From Candidatus Latescibacterota bacterium (lineage in GTDB: Bacteria > Latescibacterota > UBA2968), in assembly GCA_965204375.1 (NCBI GenBank), contig OZ241986.1, forward strand, positions 832,001 through 896,000: a DNA stretch of 64,000 bases, in the 5' to 3' direction. Each line of letters starts with the position of its first letter. Positions within the stretch are counted from its first letter, which is position 1. Positions 30,792-41,003 of the stretch are shown one piece after another. The translations under genes and the position numbers were made by a program. Below the pieces are notes generated by a model, which saw only the letters and a program-made list of their open reading frames with translations, had not been told where the DNA came from and did no database searches.

Positions 30792-31729
30792 CTAACAATA
30801 CGTTATTGCTGTTTCAACGGTTATACGATTATAATCTGCGAAAGTTCGGCAAGTTCCTAATGGAACTCAACGAGGACCTCGATTCGTTTTCAGATCTTTT
30901 GGGATTGCACATAAACCAGCAAATAAGAATCGGGAATAGCGTACCGGATGGCTTTATCGTCCAGCATCCGTTAAAAATTGTTGTCGAAACGAAAATGCAT
31001 GAAGGGTTCAGCAAGTCGCAGCTTCGTAGGCACTTGGATACAAAATCAAACCACGAACACACCGACTTGGTCCTAATGTTGTTAAGCCCGCAGGGAGAAC
31101 CAGACGAGAAACTGGTTGCAAGCCTGCGGGATGATAAGACAAAAATTGTTATTACTTCATTTCGAGATATAATTGGTGCTGCCAGAAGGTGTTTATCAGA
31201 GCACGATGAAGATATGAACGCCCTTGTAGATGATTATGAGGCATTTTGTAGCGAGTCTGATTTGCTGCCGCGGGACGATTATACTTTATTCATCCCCCCT
31301 TGTGGTGAATCGTATGAGGTGAACGCACGACTAAAACTCTATTGGTGTCCAGACTACCGGAATATACGAAAGTCAAAATACTTAGGAATTTACACTAATA
31401 AAGCAGTGCGGCATATTGGCCGTATAAGGGAAGTGGTTAGTTGCCACTTGAATGAGGACGGAAATCTGAATGTTATTGAGGGGAAGCCAGACAGCGATGA
31501 GCAAGAGCGAATTAAGATGGCTATGCAAGAAGGAGGGGTTAGCCAAGGTCATAAATTCTTTTTGTGTTCTGAAATGGAGGAGACATTTTTTCAGAAGCAG
31601 ACGAAAGGCGGCATGCAAAGGCATCGCTACTTCGACTTGGGGGCAGACGTATTTAGGGAAGATGAAAATATGCCGAATAGTCTTGCAGAACTCGCGGAGG
31701 AACTCAGGAAAATTCCTTGGCCATCCTAA
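30788..31729 (+). CDS. PD-(D/E)xK nuclease-family protein, probably slightly 5'-truncated
   Basis: VTNNTLLL..RLY, VPDGFI..IVVETK motif; GTG start in GTGA overlap. Confidence 0.75.
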   Translation: MTNNTLLLFQRLYDYNLRKFGKFLMELNEDLDSFSDLLGLHINQQIRIGNSVPDGFIVQHPLKIVVETKMHEGFSKSQLRRHLDTKSNHEHTDLVLMLLSPQGEPDEKLVASLRDDKTKIVITSFRDIIGAARRCLSEHDEDMNALVDDYEAFCSESDLLPRDDYTLFIPPCGESYEVNARLKLYWCPDYRNIRKSKYLGIYTNKAVRHIGRIREVVSCHLNEDGNLNVIEGKPDSDEQERIKMAMQEGGVSQGHKFFLCSEMEETFFQKQTKGGMQRHRYFDLGADVFREDENMPNSLAELAEELRKIPWPS

Positions 31730-31871
31730 TATAAGAATTTCAGATTATCTGCGACCGCAGATTCTTACATGACGTCCAAGATGGCTTGTGTGTTTTTGTC
31801 TGCGACTATCAGCAGTGTGCAGGCAGCACTTTGATGGACGACAGCGACCCTGACCCAATTTTGCAATAGTA

Positions 31872-32210
31872 ATGAAAATAAAAAAGGACAGCACGATGAT
31901 GGACCAAACAATTCTGGACAACATCATCCGTCGAATTGTGGAAGTGGCTGATCCGGAGAAGATCATTCTGTTCGGGTCTGCTGCGAGAGGCGACATGAAC
32001 CGCCATAGCGACGTTGATTTGCTCATCGTTAAGGCGTGCGTACATCGGCGGAGCCTGGCGAGACAGATACGCCGGAATCTGTATGGTGTGAGGATGGCCG
32101 TGGATGTGATTGTGGTCACGCCCGAGGATGTAGAACGTTACAAAGACAGCCACGCACTGATCATCAAGCCCGCTTTACAGGAGGGAAGAGTGATTTATGA
32201 GGCCGCCTGA
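31872..32210 (+). CDS. Minimal nucleotidyltransferase (MNT antitoxin)
   Basis: PEKIILFGSAARGDMNRHSDVDLLIV, VDVIVVTP, EGRVIYE. Confidence 0.92.
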   Translation: MKIKKDSTMMDQTILDNIIRRIVEVADPEKIILFGSAARGDMNRHSDVDLLIVKACVHRRSLARQIRRNLYGVRMAVDVIVVTPEDVERYKDSHALIIKPALQEGRVIYEAA

Positions 32211-32241
32211 ACGCTTTCCACTCGAACTGTTTGGCAGATGA
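32197..32241 (+). pseudogene. 5' stub of cognate HEPN toxin
   Basis: ATG overlapping MNT end, MRPPERFP then stop after 14 codons; resembles HEPN N-termini that follow this MNT type. Confidence 0.55.
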
Positions 32242-32390
32242 AGGCATTCTACCTCGCGTGGTCAATTCCGCAGACAGTGTCTGCAGAATCTGAATCCAGC
32301 GAAAATCTTCAGACAGCGTCTGAAGAATCTGGTCAATCCCCACAATCACTAATTTGCCAGACACCGTCTGGCAAATTCGATACCACTTCT
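32217..32390 (+). pseudogene. Internal fragment of YhcG/DUF1016 protein
   Basis: STRTVWQMKAFYLAW followed by repeated QTxS units (QTVS, QTAS, QTPS). Confidence 0.65.
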
Positions 32391-32447
32391 ACGATCAATG
32401 AGGTTAAAAAATACAGAATCGCTTTTGGATGAGATGGAAGGACAAAG

Positions 32448-33563
32448 GTGCATAATATGACCAAACGCAAACTGCCCATTGGCATTCAGACCTTCCGCGA
32501 GATCCGCGAGGAAAACTGCTACTATGTTGATAAAACTGCCCACATACAGCAACTGATGGACGAGGGCACGCACTACTTTTTATCGCGTCCACGTCGCTTT
32601 GGCAAAAGCCTGTTCCTGGACACACTGAAGGAACTGTTTGAGGGCAATGAAGCCCTGTTCGAGGGGCTTCACATCCACGATCATTGGGACTGGTCGGTTC
32701 GCTATCCCGTCTTGCGATTCGACTTCAGCAGTGGCAACTATCAGAGGCCGGATGACTTGCGGAAGGAAGTGGCGGTGCAATTGGACGCACTGGAGAACGA
32801 AGCAAAGGTCAGCCCGCGCGACGAAAACGCATCAGCTCGCTTGCGCCACTTGATGAAAGTGCTCCACGAGCGCAGTGGTCAGCGCGTTGTGCTACTGGTT
32901 GATGAAAATGACAAGCCGATCCTGGACGCGCTGGCGGTGCCCGAAGTCGCCCGGGCCAATCGCGACTTTTTGCACAGCCTGTACGCCACCACTAAAGACT
33001 GCGACGCACACATTCACTTCACCTTCCTCACGGGCGTCAGCCAATTCTCCAAAGCGAGCGTCTTCTCTGGCCTCAACAACTTGACCAACATCACGCTGGA
33101 TACGCGCTACTCGGCTATCTGTGGCTATACCGATGCGGATCTGGACACGGTGTTCGCACCCGAGCTTCCGGGTCTGGATCGGGATGAAATCCGCAACTGG
33201 TATAACGGCTATAGCTGGCGGGGCGATGAGAAGATCTATAACCCCTTCGATATTCTCGCGCTCTTCAACAGCCGCGAGTTCGGAGCCTGCGGGTTCAAGA
33301 CCGGCACACCGACCTTTCTTATCGAAATATTACTGGACCGGGGCGTAAGTTCAATAGCTTTGGACAATATGCTGGGTACCAATGCACTCTTATCTACTAT
33401 TGACCTTGACCACATCGCCACCGAAGCCCTCTTGTTTCAGACTGGCTATCTCACCATCACAGAAACAGAAAACCTCGGCGGCGAGTTATTCTATCGCCTA
33501 GGCTATCCGAACAGGGAAGTTCGGCAGAGCCTCAACGAGAGCCTGCTGAATCACCTGAGGTGA
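32448..33563 (+). pseudogene. AAA-ATPase-like (PF09820-type) protein lacking the usual C-terminal PD-(D/E)xK domain
   Basis: KLPIGIQTF, YYVDKT, SRPRRFGKS, SGLNNL, WYNGY, YPNREV then stop; Walker B reads DENDKP instead of DEYDKP. Confidence 0.75.
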
Positions 33564-33624
33564 CGGGGGGGTGGGGGTAATGGACTACGCGAGATAAATA
33601 AAATAAAATCTGGAGGCAAACCCC

Positions 33625-34800
33625 ATGACACATACACTTGATTCTTACGGCGGCACAACCCAATTGAAGGGAAAAAGCACTGGCTGGTTCCATCTCGAGG
33701 AACTGGACGGGCGCAGATGGTTCATCACACCCGAGGGCAATGCCTTTTTCCCTGTGTCGCTGGCTCATATCTACACCGGCAACAGTCAGCCGACCGTGCA
33801 AAAGCTTTACGACGGCGACAAGGATGCGTGGATTGAAAAGTGGTTCGATCAGATGCGAGCACTCGGGTTTAACTGCGCCCTCGCAGGCGCGACGAGCCAG
33901 TGTCGGGACCCCAGGGGCTATGTGGATGTCGAGAAGGTGGAGGCGCTGTTTCGCCGCGAATCTTTCCCGTACGCTGCCGGACTCTTCCTGATTCCTCACC
34001 CCAACGAACTGCCGGAAGGTCAGGAACGCCCGGATATATTCGCCCCCGCTTACCAGGAGTGGGTAGAAGCGTTGGTAGCCGATGTTTGCTCGCGATACGC
34101 CGATGATCCATTGATGATGGGATACTACTATGGTTTCGGCACCTTTATCAGACCAGAGAACTGGATCGCTTCAATACCGTCGCTCGACAGCGAAGCACCA
34201 GAGCAGGAGAATATCCGCAAAATGGCGGTTCACATGTACCGTATGGTCCACGATGCGATACGTCGGCATGATCCCAACCACCTGATCCTCGGACCTTATG
34301 TCAAGGAGCAGTCCTTTGACCTGAAAACGTGGGAGGCTTTGACGCCTTATGTTGACATGCTTTCGCCCCAGCACTTCAACCGCGACATTAGTTTTGCCGA
34401 ACAGAGTGCAGCAACGGGCAGGTCTGTGCTGGTCTCTGACGAGGAGTCAGGCCATATTTTCGAAGCTTCACGCCAGAATCCGCGCAGTGTGACGTCCGAG
34501 CACAAAGGCCGCATCTACGGCTTGCTGCTCAACCGCCACTTGCGCGACTCGAACGTGTGCGGCGTCAATTTTTGCGCGACTCTGTACGATCTTGATGACG
34601 GTCCGCTGATGAAAATGTCCGGCATGACGGAAGGCCTGTACGACTGGGATGGTAACCCAAAGCCCGGTCTCGTGGATGCCGTGAGGGAGGCCAACAAGGA
34701 AATCTATGAACGCGCAACAGATCCATATCGTTCTGAACTCGCCGAATTGGATGAAGAGCTGTGTCGCGTCAGAGATGAGGTCCACAAACACATTCGTTAG
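33625..34800 (+). CDS. Agarase-like (clan GH-A) glycoside hydrolase
   Basis: TGWFHLEELDGRRWFITPEGNAFF, LGFN, DDPLMMGYY, AIRRHDPNHLILG. Confidence 0.65.
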   Translation: MTHTLDSYGGTTQLKGKSTGWFHLEELDGRRWFITPEGNAFFPVSLAHIYTGNSQPTVQKLYDGDKDAWIEKWFDQMRALGFNCALAGATSQCRDPRGYVDVEKVEALFRRESFPYAAGLFLIPHPNELPEGQERPDIFAPAYQEWVEALVADVCSRYADDPLMMGYYYGFGTFIRPENWIASIPSLDSEAPEQENIRKMAVHMYRMVHDAIRRHDPNHLILGPYVKEQSFDLKTWEALTPYVDMLSPQHFNRDISFAEQSAATGRSVLVSDEESGHIFEASRQNPRSVTSEHKGRIYGLLLNRHLRDSNVCGVNFCATLYDLDDGPLMKMSGMTEGLYDWDGNPKPGLVDAVREANKEIYERATDPYRSELAELDEELCRVRDEVHKHIR

Positions 34801-34844
34801 ATGGGAAAGCTGTTCAGGGACACGACACTGGAGGAGCACAGGTT

Positions 34845-35630
34845 ATGGGACAAGCATTGACGGAGCGTGAGATCGAATCCATCGTCCGGGAGGTCACAGA
34901 CGAAGAAGTGGCTTTTTACCACGAATACGGATGGGTCATGATGAAGCAACTCGTGGACTCGGAGTTCGCAACGGAACTCCTGCGCGTTGGTCAGGAGTGG
35001 TTGAAACGCAATAGCGCCCCCAGACGGGCCGTCGGCCTGGCGCGGCGAGAAGAGACCGAGCCGTTCCGCTCGTTCATGTTCAGCGAGCGCATGTCAAAGA
35101 ACGCAACGCGACTCGTGAACAGGAAGCGGCTCAAGGGCGTAGATATCCCACTTCGCTATCGGATCGACATCCTCCAACACAAGCCCCCGGGGGCAGCCGG
35201 AGCCACTTATCATCAGGACTCGTCAGAGCACGGATCTGATCGCGTGGGCGAGCTTCAGTTCTGGCTTGCACTGGTGGAAGTGCCACCAGAGATGAGTGCC
35301 ATGCGATTTGTCAGTCGCTCACATCGCGAAGGACCGCTTGGCTCGGTATTCAAGGATGACCGGGGCAACCTGCTCGAGCAGTACCCAAATCTGACGTCTG
35401 TGCTGGAGCTTTCTCCGCCGCTCCATTACCAGCCGGGTGACTGCACTGTGCATCACGGATACACAGTCCATGGCGGTCCACCCAACAGCACCGAGAAGTC
35501 GCGCTGGTCATACCTCTTCTCATACTCCCCTTCTGACACGCGATACTGGAACGGCACCGCAGCCAACTGGGGCAGCGAGCGGAAGCGTTTGAGTGACCCG
35601 GTCAATCCAACGGTCCATTTTTCCGAATAA
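34845..35630 (+). CDS. PhyH-family dioxygenase (paralog A)
   Basis: FYHEYGWV, YHQD, PGDCTVHHGYTVHG..N. Confidence 0.9.
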   Translation: MGQALTEREIESIVREVTDEEVAFYHEYGWVMMKQLVDSEFATELLRVGQEWLKRNSAPRRAVGLARREETEPFRSFMFSERMSKNATRLVNRKRLKGVDIPLRYRIDILQHKPPGAAGATYHQDSSEHGSDRVGELQFWLALVEVPPEMSAMRFVSRSHREGPLGSVFKDDRGNLLEQYPNLTSVLELSPPLHYQPGDCTVHHGYTVHGGPPNSTEKSRWSYLFSYSPSDTRYWNGTAANWGSERKRLSDPVNPTVHFSE

Positions 35631-35647
35631 GATTTCAGGGGATTGAA

Positions 35648-36385
35648 ATGATTTCTGTACAACAATGGGACTTTTTTCAAGAACACGGTTATCTGATCGT
35701 TGAAAATGTGCTCTCTGTGCAACGATTGGCAGCGTTGCGAGAGGCCCTGGAAAAGAGATATGACCTGGAGGGCGAAAAGGCAGGGACAGAAGGATCGACC
35801 CCTCCGGGCGTTCGCAGGTTGTGCAATCTCATTGGTAAAGGCCGCGTCTTTGAAGAGCTGGCAATCGAGCCGATTGCATTAGAAATGGCCAGGCTGGTGA
35901 TTGGAGAGGATATGCGCTGGCAGGCCATGAATTTTCACGATCCCATGCCCGGTGATCCGCGTCCTATCCAGGCAATTCATGCCGATCGTTCGTTCTTTAA
36001 GAATTGTACTGCATACCTCAATGTGGTGTGGGCACTTGATGATATGACAGAAGAAAACGGTGCGACTCGCCTTGTGCCGGGATCGCATAAAAAACCCTGG
36101 CCCCGAGATGTTCTGGACGATCTCAAAGAGGCAGTTGCTGGAGAAATCTACGCGACCTGTACGGCTGGAACTGGCATTTTTTGTCACGGTGATATCTGGC
36201 ATGGCGCACGTGCAAACCTTTCAAAATCGCCCAGGCGTGTGATCCATATGGGATACAGTTGTACAAACACTGCGCCTCAATATGAAATTGCAGGCTCTTT
36301 GACGCAGGATATTCGCGAGCGGTTGGGCGAGCATTGCGCGCTCATTCCAGATCCCCTATCGTCATTTGATTTGGAGAAACCTTAG
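35648..36385 (+). CDS. PhyH-family dioxygenase
   Basis: HGYLIVENVL, IHAD, ENGATRLVPGSH, IWHGA. Confidence 0.92.
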   Translation: MISVQQWDFFQEHGYLIVENVLSVQRLAALREALEKRYDLEGEKAGTEGSTPPGVRRLCNLIGKGRVFEELAIEPIALEMARLVIGEDMRWQAMNFHDPMPGDPRPIQAIHADRSFFKNCTAYLNVVWALDDMTEENGATRLVPGSHKKPWPRDVLDDLKEAVAGEIYATCTAGTGIFCHGDIWHGARANLSKSPRRVIHMGYSCTNTAPQYEIAGSLTQDIRERLGEHCALIPDPLSSFDLEKP

Positions 36386-36390
36386 ATCTT

Positions 36391-37824
36391 ATGGCCAATC
36401 AAAAACCATTGAATTTTATATTTTTTCAACCAGACGAAATGCGAGCCGAGAGTTTGGCGTGTTATGGCCATCCAGTGATCAAAACCCCAAATTACGATCG
36501 CCTGGCGGCAGAAGGGGTTCGCTTTGACCAGTGCCATGTGCAAAATGCGCAATGTACGCCTTCCAGAGTTTCGATGATGACGGGGCTTTATCCCCATTGT
36601 GCGGGGCATCGCTCCATGTGGCATCTGATAAGGCCCCACGAACCCCATCTTTTTAAATATCTGTATGAAGCTGGCTACGATATTCACTGGTATGGAAAAA
36701 ATGATTTACTCGCGCGAGATAGTTTGTCCTGCATAAAAGAATATTACGAACACAAAGATGATAAAAGGAAGAATCGCTGGCAAAGCGGCGACAAGGAATT
36801 CTATAGTTTTGATTTTGAGCCTTTGAATTGCGAAAGGGAAGAGGTCGCTGATTATGTGAAAGTCAAATCGGGGATCGATTTTCTGAACAATCGCAGAGAT
36901 GATGACAATCCCTTCTTTTTGTTTTTGCCGCTTCTACAACCCCATCCAGGCTATACCACCCACCGCGATTTTTATGACATGTATGATCCCGGGGATATAC
37001 CGGATTTGAGACCCGCAGAGCTGGACAAAAAACCGGATTTTTACGCGCTCATCAGAAAGTACCGCCGTTTAGATGAATTGTCGGAGGATTTCTTTCGGAA
37101 ATTGAATGCTGTTTATCTCGGTATGATTAGCTATACGGACTGGCTTCTCGGAGAGCTGATGACCGTTATGGAGGAGAAGGGGCTTTTTGACAATACGGTT
37201 CTCATCGTTTCGTCTGATCACGGTGACTGGGCAGGGGACTATGGACTGGTTGAAAAATGGCCAAGTGATTACAGTGATGCGCTGACACGGGTGCCGCTAT
37301 TGGTAAAGGTGCCAGGTAACAAAGCAGGTCATGTGGTGGAAGGTCCGGTTGAGATGTTCGATCTCATGCCATCTGTTATGGAACTGGCCGGTCTTTCCCC
37401 AAAACACACCCATTTCGCCAGGTCCTTTGTGCCTCAACTCCGGGGTGAAGCGGAAGATAAGGATCGATTGGTATTTGCAGAAGGGGGCTATGAGACACAA
37501 GAACCCCATGCGTTTGAAGGACGATGGGACTGGCGTAAGCCCAACAAGGATGGTATCTATTTTCCCAAGGGCAAACTGCAACAAGAAGTGCCCGAAAGTG
37601 TTTGCCGCACGACGATGATCAGGAGTTTGAATCACAAGCTCATTCGACGCACAGCCGGTCAGGATGAATTATACGATCTCAAAAATGATCCCCAGGAGTT
37701 AAAGAATTTAATCGATGACCCGGGTATGCAAGAGACAAAGTTAGATCTGGAAAGGTCTATGTTGGATTGGTTTATGAGAACTTCTGATACTGTTCCCGTA
37801 GGGGGAGATCCAAGGGGATTTTGA
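36391..37824 (+). CDS. Sulfatase
   Basis: QCTPSRVSMMTG, GKND, SSDHGD, ELYDL. Confidence 0.93.
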   Translation: MANQKPLNFIFFQPDEMRAESLACYGHPVIKTPNYDRLAAEGVRFDQCHVQNAQCTPSRVSMMTGLYPHCAGHRSMWHLIRPHEPHLFKYLYEAGYDIHWYGKNDLLARDSLSCIKEYYEHKDDKRKNRWQSGDKEFYSFDFEPLNCEREEVADYVKVKSGIDFLNNRRDDDNPFFLFLPLLQPHPGYTTHRDFYDMYDPGDIPDLRPAELDKKPDFYALIRKYRRLDELSEDFFRKLNAVYLGMISYTDWLLGELMTVMEEKGLFDNTVLIVSSDHGDWAGDYGLVEKWPSDYSDALTRVPLLVKVPGNKAGHVVEGPVEMFDLMPSVMELAGLSPKHTHFARSFVPQLRGEAEDKDRLVFAEGGYETQEPHAFEGRWDWRKPNKDGIYFPKGKLQQEVPESVCRTTMIRSLNHKLIRRTAGQDELYDLKNDPQELKNLIDDPGMQETKLDLERSMLDWFMRTSDTVPVGGDPRGF

Positions 37825-37853
37825 GGGAACACAACACTGGAGGAGCACAGGTT

Positions 37854-38666
37854 ATGGGACAGGCATTGACGGAGCGTGAAATCAAAGCCGTCGTTCGGGA
37901 GGTCACAGACGAAGAAGTGGCTTTCTACCAGGAATACGGGTGGGTCATGATGAAGCAGCTCGTAGATCCGGAGTTTGTCACGGAGCTTCTAACTGTCGGC
38001 CAGGGGTGGCTGGAACGCTATGGCGCAGACAAGGACCGCAGACGGGCTGTCGGCCTGGTACTGCAGGAAGAGGCTGAGCCATTCCGCTCGTTCATGTTCA
38101 GCGAACGCATGTCAAAAAACGCGATGCGACTCGTGAACAGGAAGCGGCTCAAGGGCGTAGATATCCCACTTCGCTATCGCGCTGACGTCTTCAGAGAAAA
38201 GCCCCCAGGGGCAGCCAGAACCCATTATCATCAGGACTCGTCACAGCACGGCTCTGATCGCGTGGGCGAGCTCCAGTTCTGGCTTGCGCTGGTGGAAGTG
38301 ACACCGGAGATGAGCGCGATGCGATTTGTCAGTCGCTCGCATCGCGAAGGACCGCTTGGCTCGGTAGGCGGCGATGGCAAGGGCGATCTGCTTGAGCAAT
38401 TTCCAAATCTGACGTCTGTGCTGGAGCTTTCTCCGCCGTTCCATTACCAGCCTGGTGATTGCACAGTGCATCACGGGTACACGGTCCATGGCGCTCCGGT
38501 CAATAGCACCGACAAGTCGCGCTGGTCATATCTCTTCTCATACTCGCCTTCCGACACCCGATACTGGAATGGCACAGCAGACAACTGGGGCAACGAGCGA
38601 AAGCATCTGAGTGACGCGGACAATCCAACGGTCTATTTTCCCGAACCAGAAAGAGGTCAGTTATGA
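37854..38666 (+). CDS. PhyH-family dioxygenase (paralog B, close duplicate of 34845-35630)
   Basis: Same RBS region GGAGGAGCACAGGTTATG and long identical peptide stretches. Confidence 0.9.
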   Translation: MGQALTEREIKAVVREVTDEEVAFYQEYGWVMMKQLVDPEFVTELLTVGQGWLERYGADKDRRRAVGLVLQEEAEPFRSFMFSERMSKNAMRLVNRKRLKGVDIPLRYRADVFREKPPGAARTHYHQDSSQHGSDRVGELQFWLALVEVTPEMSAMRFVSRSHREGPLGSVGGDGKGDLLEQFPNLTSVLELSPPFHYQPGDCTVHHGYTVHGAPVNSTDKSRWSYLFSYSPSDTRYWNGTADNWGNERKHLSDADNPTVYFPEPERGQL

Positions 38667-39796
38667 AACACAACGATCCTGTCGAACTCACCCTTGAGCA
38701 AAAACGCGCTTTCTATCGGGATGGATTCATTATTCTCAAAAACATCGTGCCCAAAGAGCTGACCCACCGTGCTCGACGACTGGTCAATATCACCGCAGGT
38801 CAAATTGTGAATGGTACGATGGACGCACCCAAAAGAAGAAATCGCTTCGTCGGCAGCGAAGACATCATCACAGATCTCATCAACAAAACGGCGCTAACCG
38901 AATTGCTCACCAATACCATGGGGCCATTTGATCCTCCGACAAACGGCTTTGCGCCGATTCTGTATCCGCGCGAACCAACCAGAGAAATCGGCATCCACGG
39001 TCTGCCCGATGATGAAGTGCCCAATCATGCATTTTTTCCGCATCTGGACGGCCAGTGGACAGGCCCCATTCCCAAAACAGCGGACGAAGTGGATGATTGG
39101 TACGCGCCCAAAACACCGCACTTTGGTGATCGCAGTGCCAGCGTGATCGGGATAAACGGTTCGCCTTTGTTTCAGGACCCGGATTGTATGCTCTCCATCG
39201 GCAGCTTTACCACATTCGTCGGCGTGATCCTGAGCGACCAATCCAAATTTGGCTACGGCAACTTTGCCGTTCTCCGCGGTGCCCATCATCACACAGCTGA
39301 ATTCTTTCGACGACAACGCGCCCAGGGCGGCGTCATCGGTCCCGAAGGTCCTGATTGGCCGCGTTTAAAACGCGTTGGCGATAAGGGTGTGGGCATTAAT
39401 TACATGCCGGAATGGATCGCTAATCACTATCGAGAAAGCGCGCAATACACGCCCGATGGTCTCATGTGGCCGGAGCCTACACCCTTGCTCGTTGAAGAGG
39501 GTGATGCGTTTATTACGGCTCACGGCATCCCACATTGTGGCACCCGCAATGACCTGGGTGCAGATCCTCGCATCAGTGCCTACTTTCGGCTGCGCCGCCA
39601 TCGTCCGGGAGGTGCAAAAGTGCGAGGAGACAGCGATCACCCCGACCGCGGTTGGGAAGGCGAATTTCTCGAATATCCCGATGGTTATAATCCCTGGCAG
39701 GTCGCAATCGATAAATTGTGCGATCCCTGGAGTGAATGGGACGGCATGCGGGAAGTCGTTGCCGAGGCAAGGGGTTTGGGAGATCAAAATAACTAA
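38663..39796 (+). CDS. PhyH-like dioxygenase
   Basis: FYRDGFIIL, PHLDG, GNFAVLRGAH, IPHCG..N, YFR. Confidence 0.78.
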   Translation: MKHNDPVELTLEQKRAFYRDGFIILKNIVPKELTHRARRLVNITAGQIVNGTMDAPKRRNRFVGSEDIITDLINKTALTELLTNTMGPFDPPTNGFAPILYPREPTREIGIHGLPDDEVPNHAFFPHLDGQWTGPIPKTADEVDDWYAPKTPHFGDRSASVIGINGSPLFQDPDCMLSIGSFTTFVGVILSDQSKFGYGNFAVLRGAHHHTAEFFRRQRAQGGVIGPEGPDWPRLKRVGDKGVGINYMPEWIANHYRESAQYTPDGLMWPEPTPLLVEEGDAFITAHGIPHCGTRNDLGADPRISAYFRLRRHRPGGAKVRGDSDHPDRGWEGEFLEYPDGYNPWQVAIDKLCDPWSEWDGMREVVAEARGLGDQNN

Positions 39797-39818
39797 CTGT
39801 GCGACAAAGGAGTGCCAC

Positions 39819-41003
39819 ATGCCCTCAACTCAGAAATTTGAAGAGCGCGTCGTTCGCGTGGAGAAACCTTCCGCCCACTTTACGCTGTTGAGAAACGAAA
39901 AGGGTGATTTTTTAGGCACATCGGAAGGCGAGACAGCCGTCTTCGACCACGCTGACGACAAAGCGATCTGGAAAGAAGAAGGCGATACCTATCGCCACGT
40001 AGTGTCGGGCCTGACTCTCGATGTGTCTGCCGCGAATGACGAAGGCGTGCATCTCGCCCTGAATGGGAATTCACTGGGCGAAGACGGCTTCGAATCATCC
40101 GTGCCGGGGCGTTTCCAGCCGGGTCACGGCCCTGCCCATCTTCCGTCCGAATACCTTCAGCAAATCCGCGAGAACGGGTGGGTCTGCCTTCCGAGCATCT
40201 TGTCTCCCCAAGCGATTGAAGAACTGCAAAGGGTGAGTTGTACCGGCAAGTGGGATCATGAAGAATTAGACAAAAGCCTGCCGACCCTCACGCAGTCTGT
40301 GGAAGTGTCGAGAGCCGCAACCGAGCCAGTATCCCTCTGGGTGATGCGGGAGTATATGCAGTGTCGGGAAATTCGGCTGGCGCACAGGCCCGGTTTTGCC
40401 GTCGTGGCCCCGGATGACGGTGAACGCAAAGTGGGGGGGTGGCATTCGGATTATCCCTACCTCTGGGGGATCGCCAGGAATTCCTCCGATGGCAATCGGA
40501 TCGTACCGCACAATGCGCTAAATCTCGTTCTTGGCGTTCAGCGAAATTTATGTGTGACCGAATTTAAGAGTGAAAACGGCGCAACCTGTTTCAAACTCGG
40601 ATCGCATACGTTTGGGCAAGGACCTCCTCCAGGATGGGGGAGTGGGAATACGTACAGGGAGGAGGGATCTCGCCAGGCAAAGGGCCTCCCCTATACAGGC
40701 TCCGAGGCAGATGTCGTCGAGGCACCGGCGGGCAGCTACGTCATCTATGATGCCCGAACCTGGCATCGAGCAGGTGTGAACCGCACGGACAAAAAACGGG
40801 CGGCGATGCTTCAGTCCGTGGTTCCCATGTACATCATGCCTTTTATGGAGACCGCTCGTCCCTACAAGGAGTTCCTTGCGAGTCCTCTCGCGAGTCAACT
40901 GACGGAGCGGGAGCATATCGAGCTGGAAAGTCTCCTCGTAAGCCGAATCGATGGGCCTCAGGGGCGTTTTGCAATCACTATGGATGAGGAACTTTCAAGA
41001 TGA
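39819..41003 (+). CDS. PhyH-family dioxygenase with N-terminal extra domain
   Basis: Start after AAGGAG; ENGWVCL, GWHSDYP, ENGAT..GSH, TWHRAG.N. Confidence 0.85.
   Translation: MPSTQKFEERVVRVEKPSAHFTLLRNEKGDFLGTSEGETAVFDHADDKAIWKEEGDTYRHVVSGLTLDVSAANDEGVHLALNGNSLGEDGFESSVPGRFQPGHGPAHLPSEYLQQIRENGWVCLPSILSPQAIEELQRVSCTGKWDHEELDKSLPTLTQSVEVSRAATEPVSLWVMREYMQCREIRLAHRPGFAVVAPDDGERKVGGWHSDYPYLWGIARNSSDGNRIVPHNALNLVLGVQRNLCVTEFKSENGATCFKLGSHTFGQGPPPGWGSGNTYREEGSRQAKGLPYTGSEADVVEAPAGSYVIYDARTWHRAGVNRTDKKRAAMLQSVVPMYIMPFMETARPYKEFLASPLASQLTEREHIELESLLVSRIDGPQGRFAITMDEELSR

Noticed and set aside
32268-32375. Short repeated CAGACA units as a DNA repeat array
   Set aside because: Explained by the QTxS peptide repeats of the YhcG/DUF1016 fragment.
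39375-39818. N-terminal extensions in the ORF track (also 5919, 11364, 54795, 59985, 61273, 30680)
   Set aside because: They overlap neighbouring genes or intergenic DNA; downstream starts with an RBS or start/stop overlap fit the family N-termini better.
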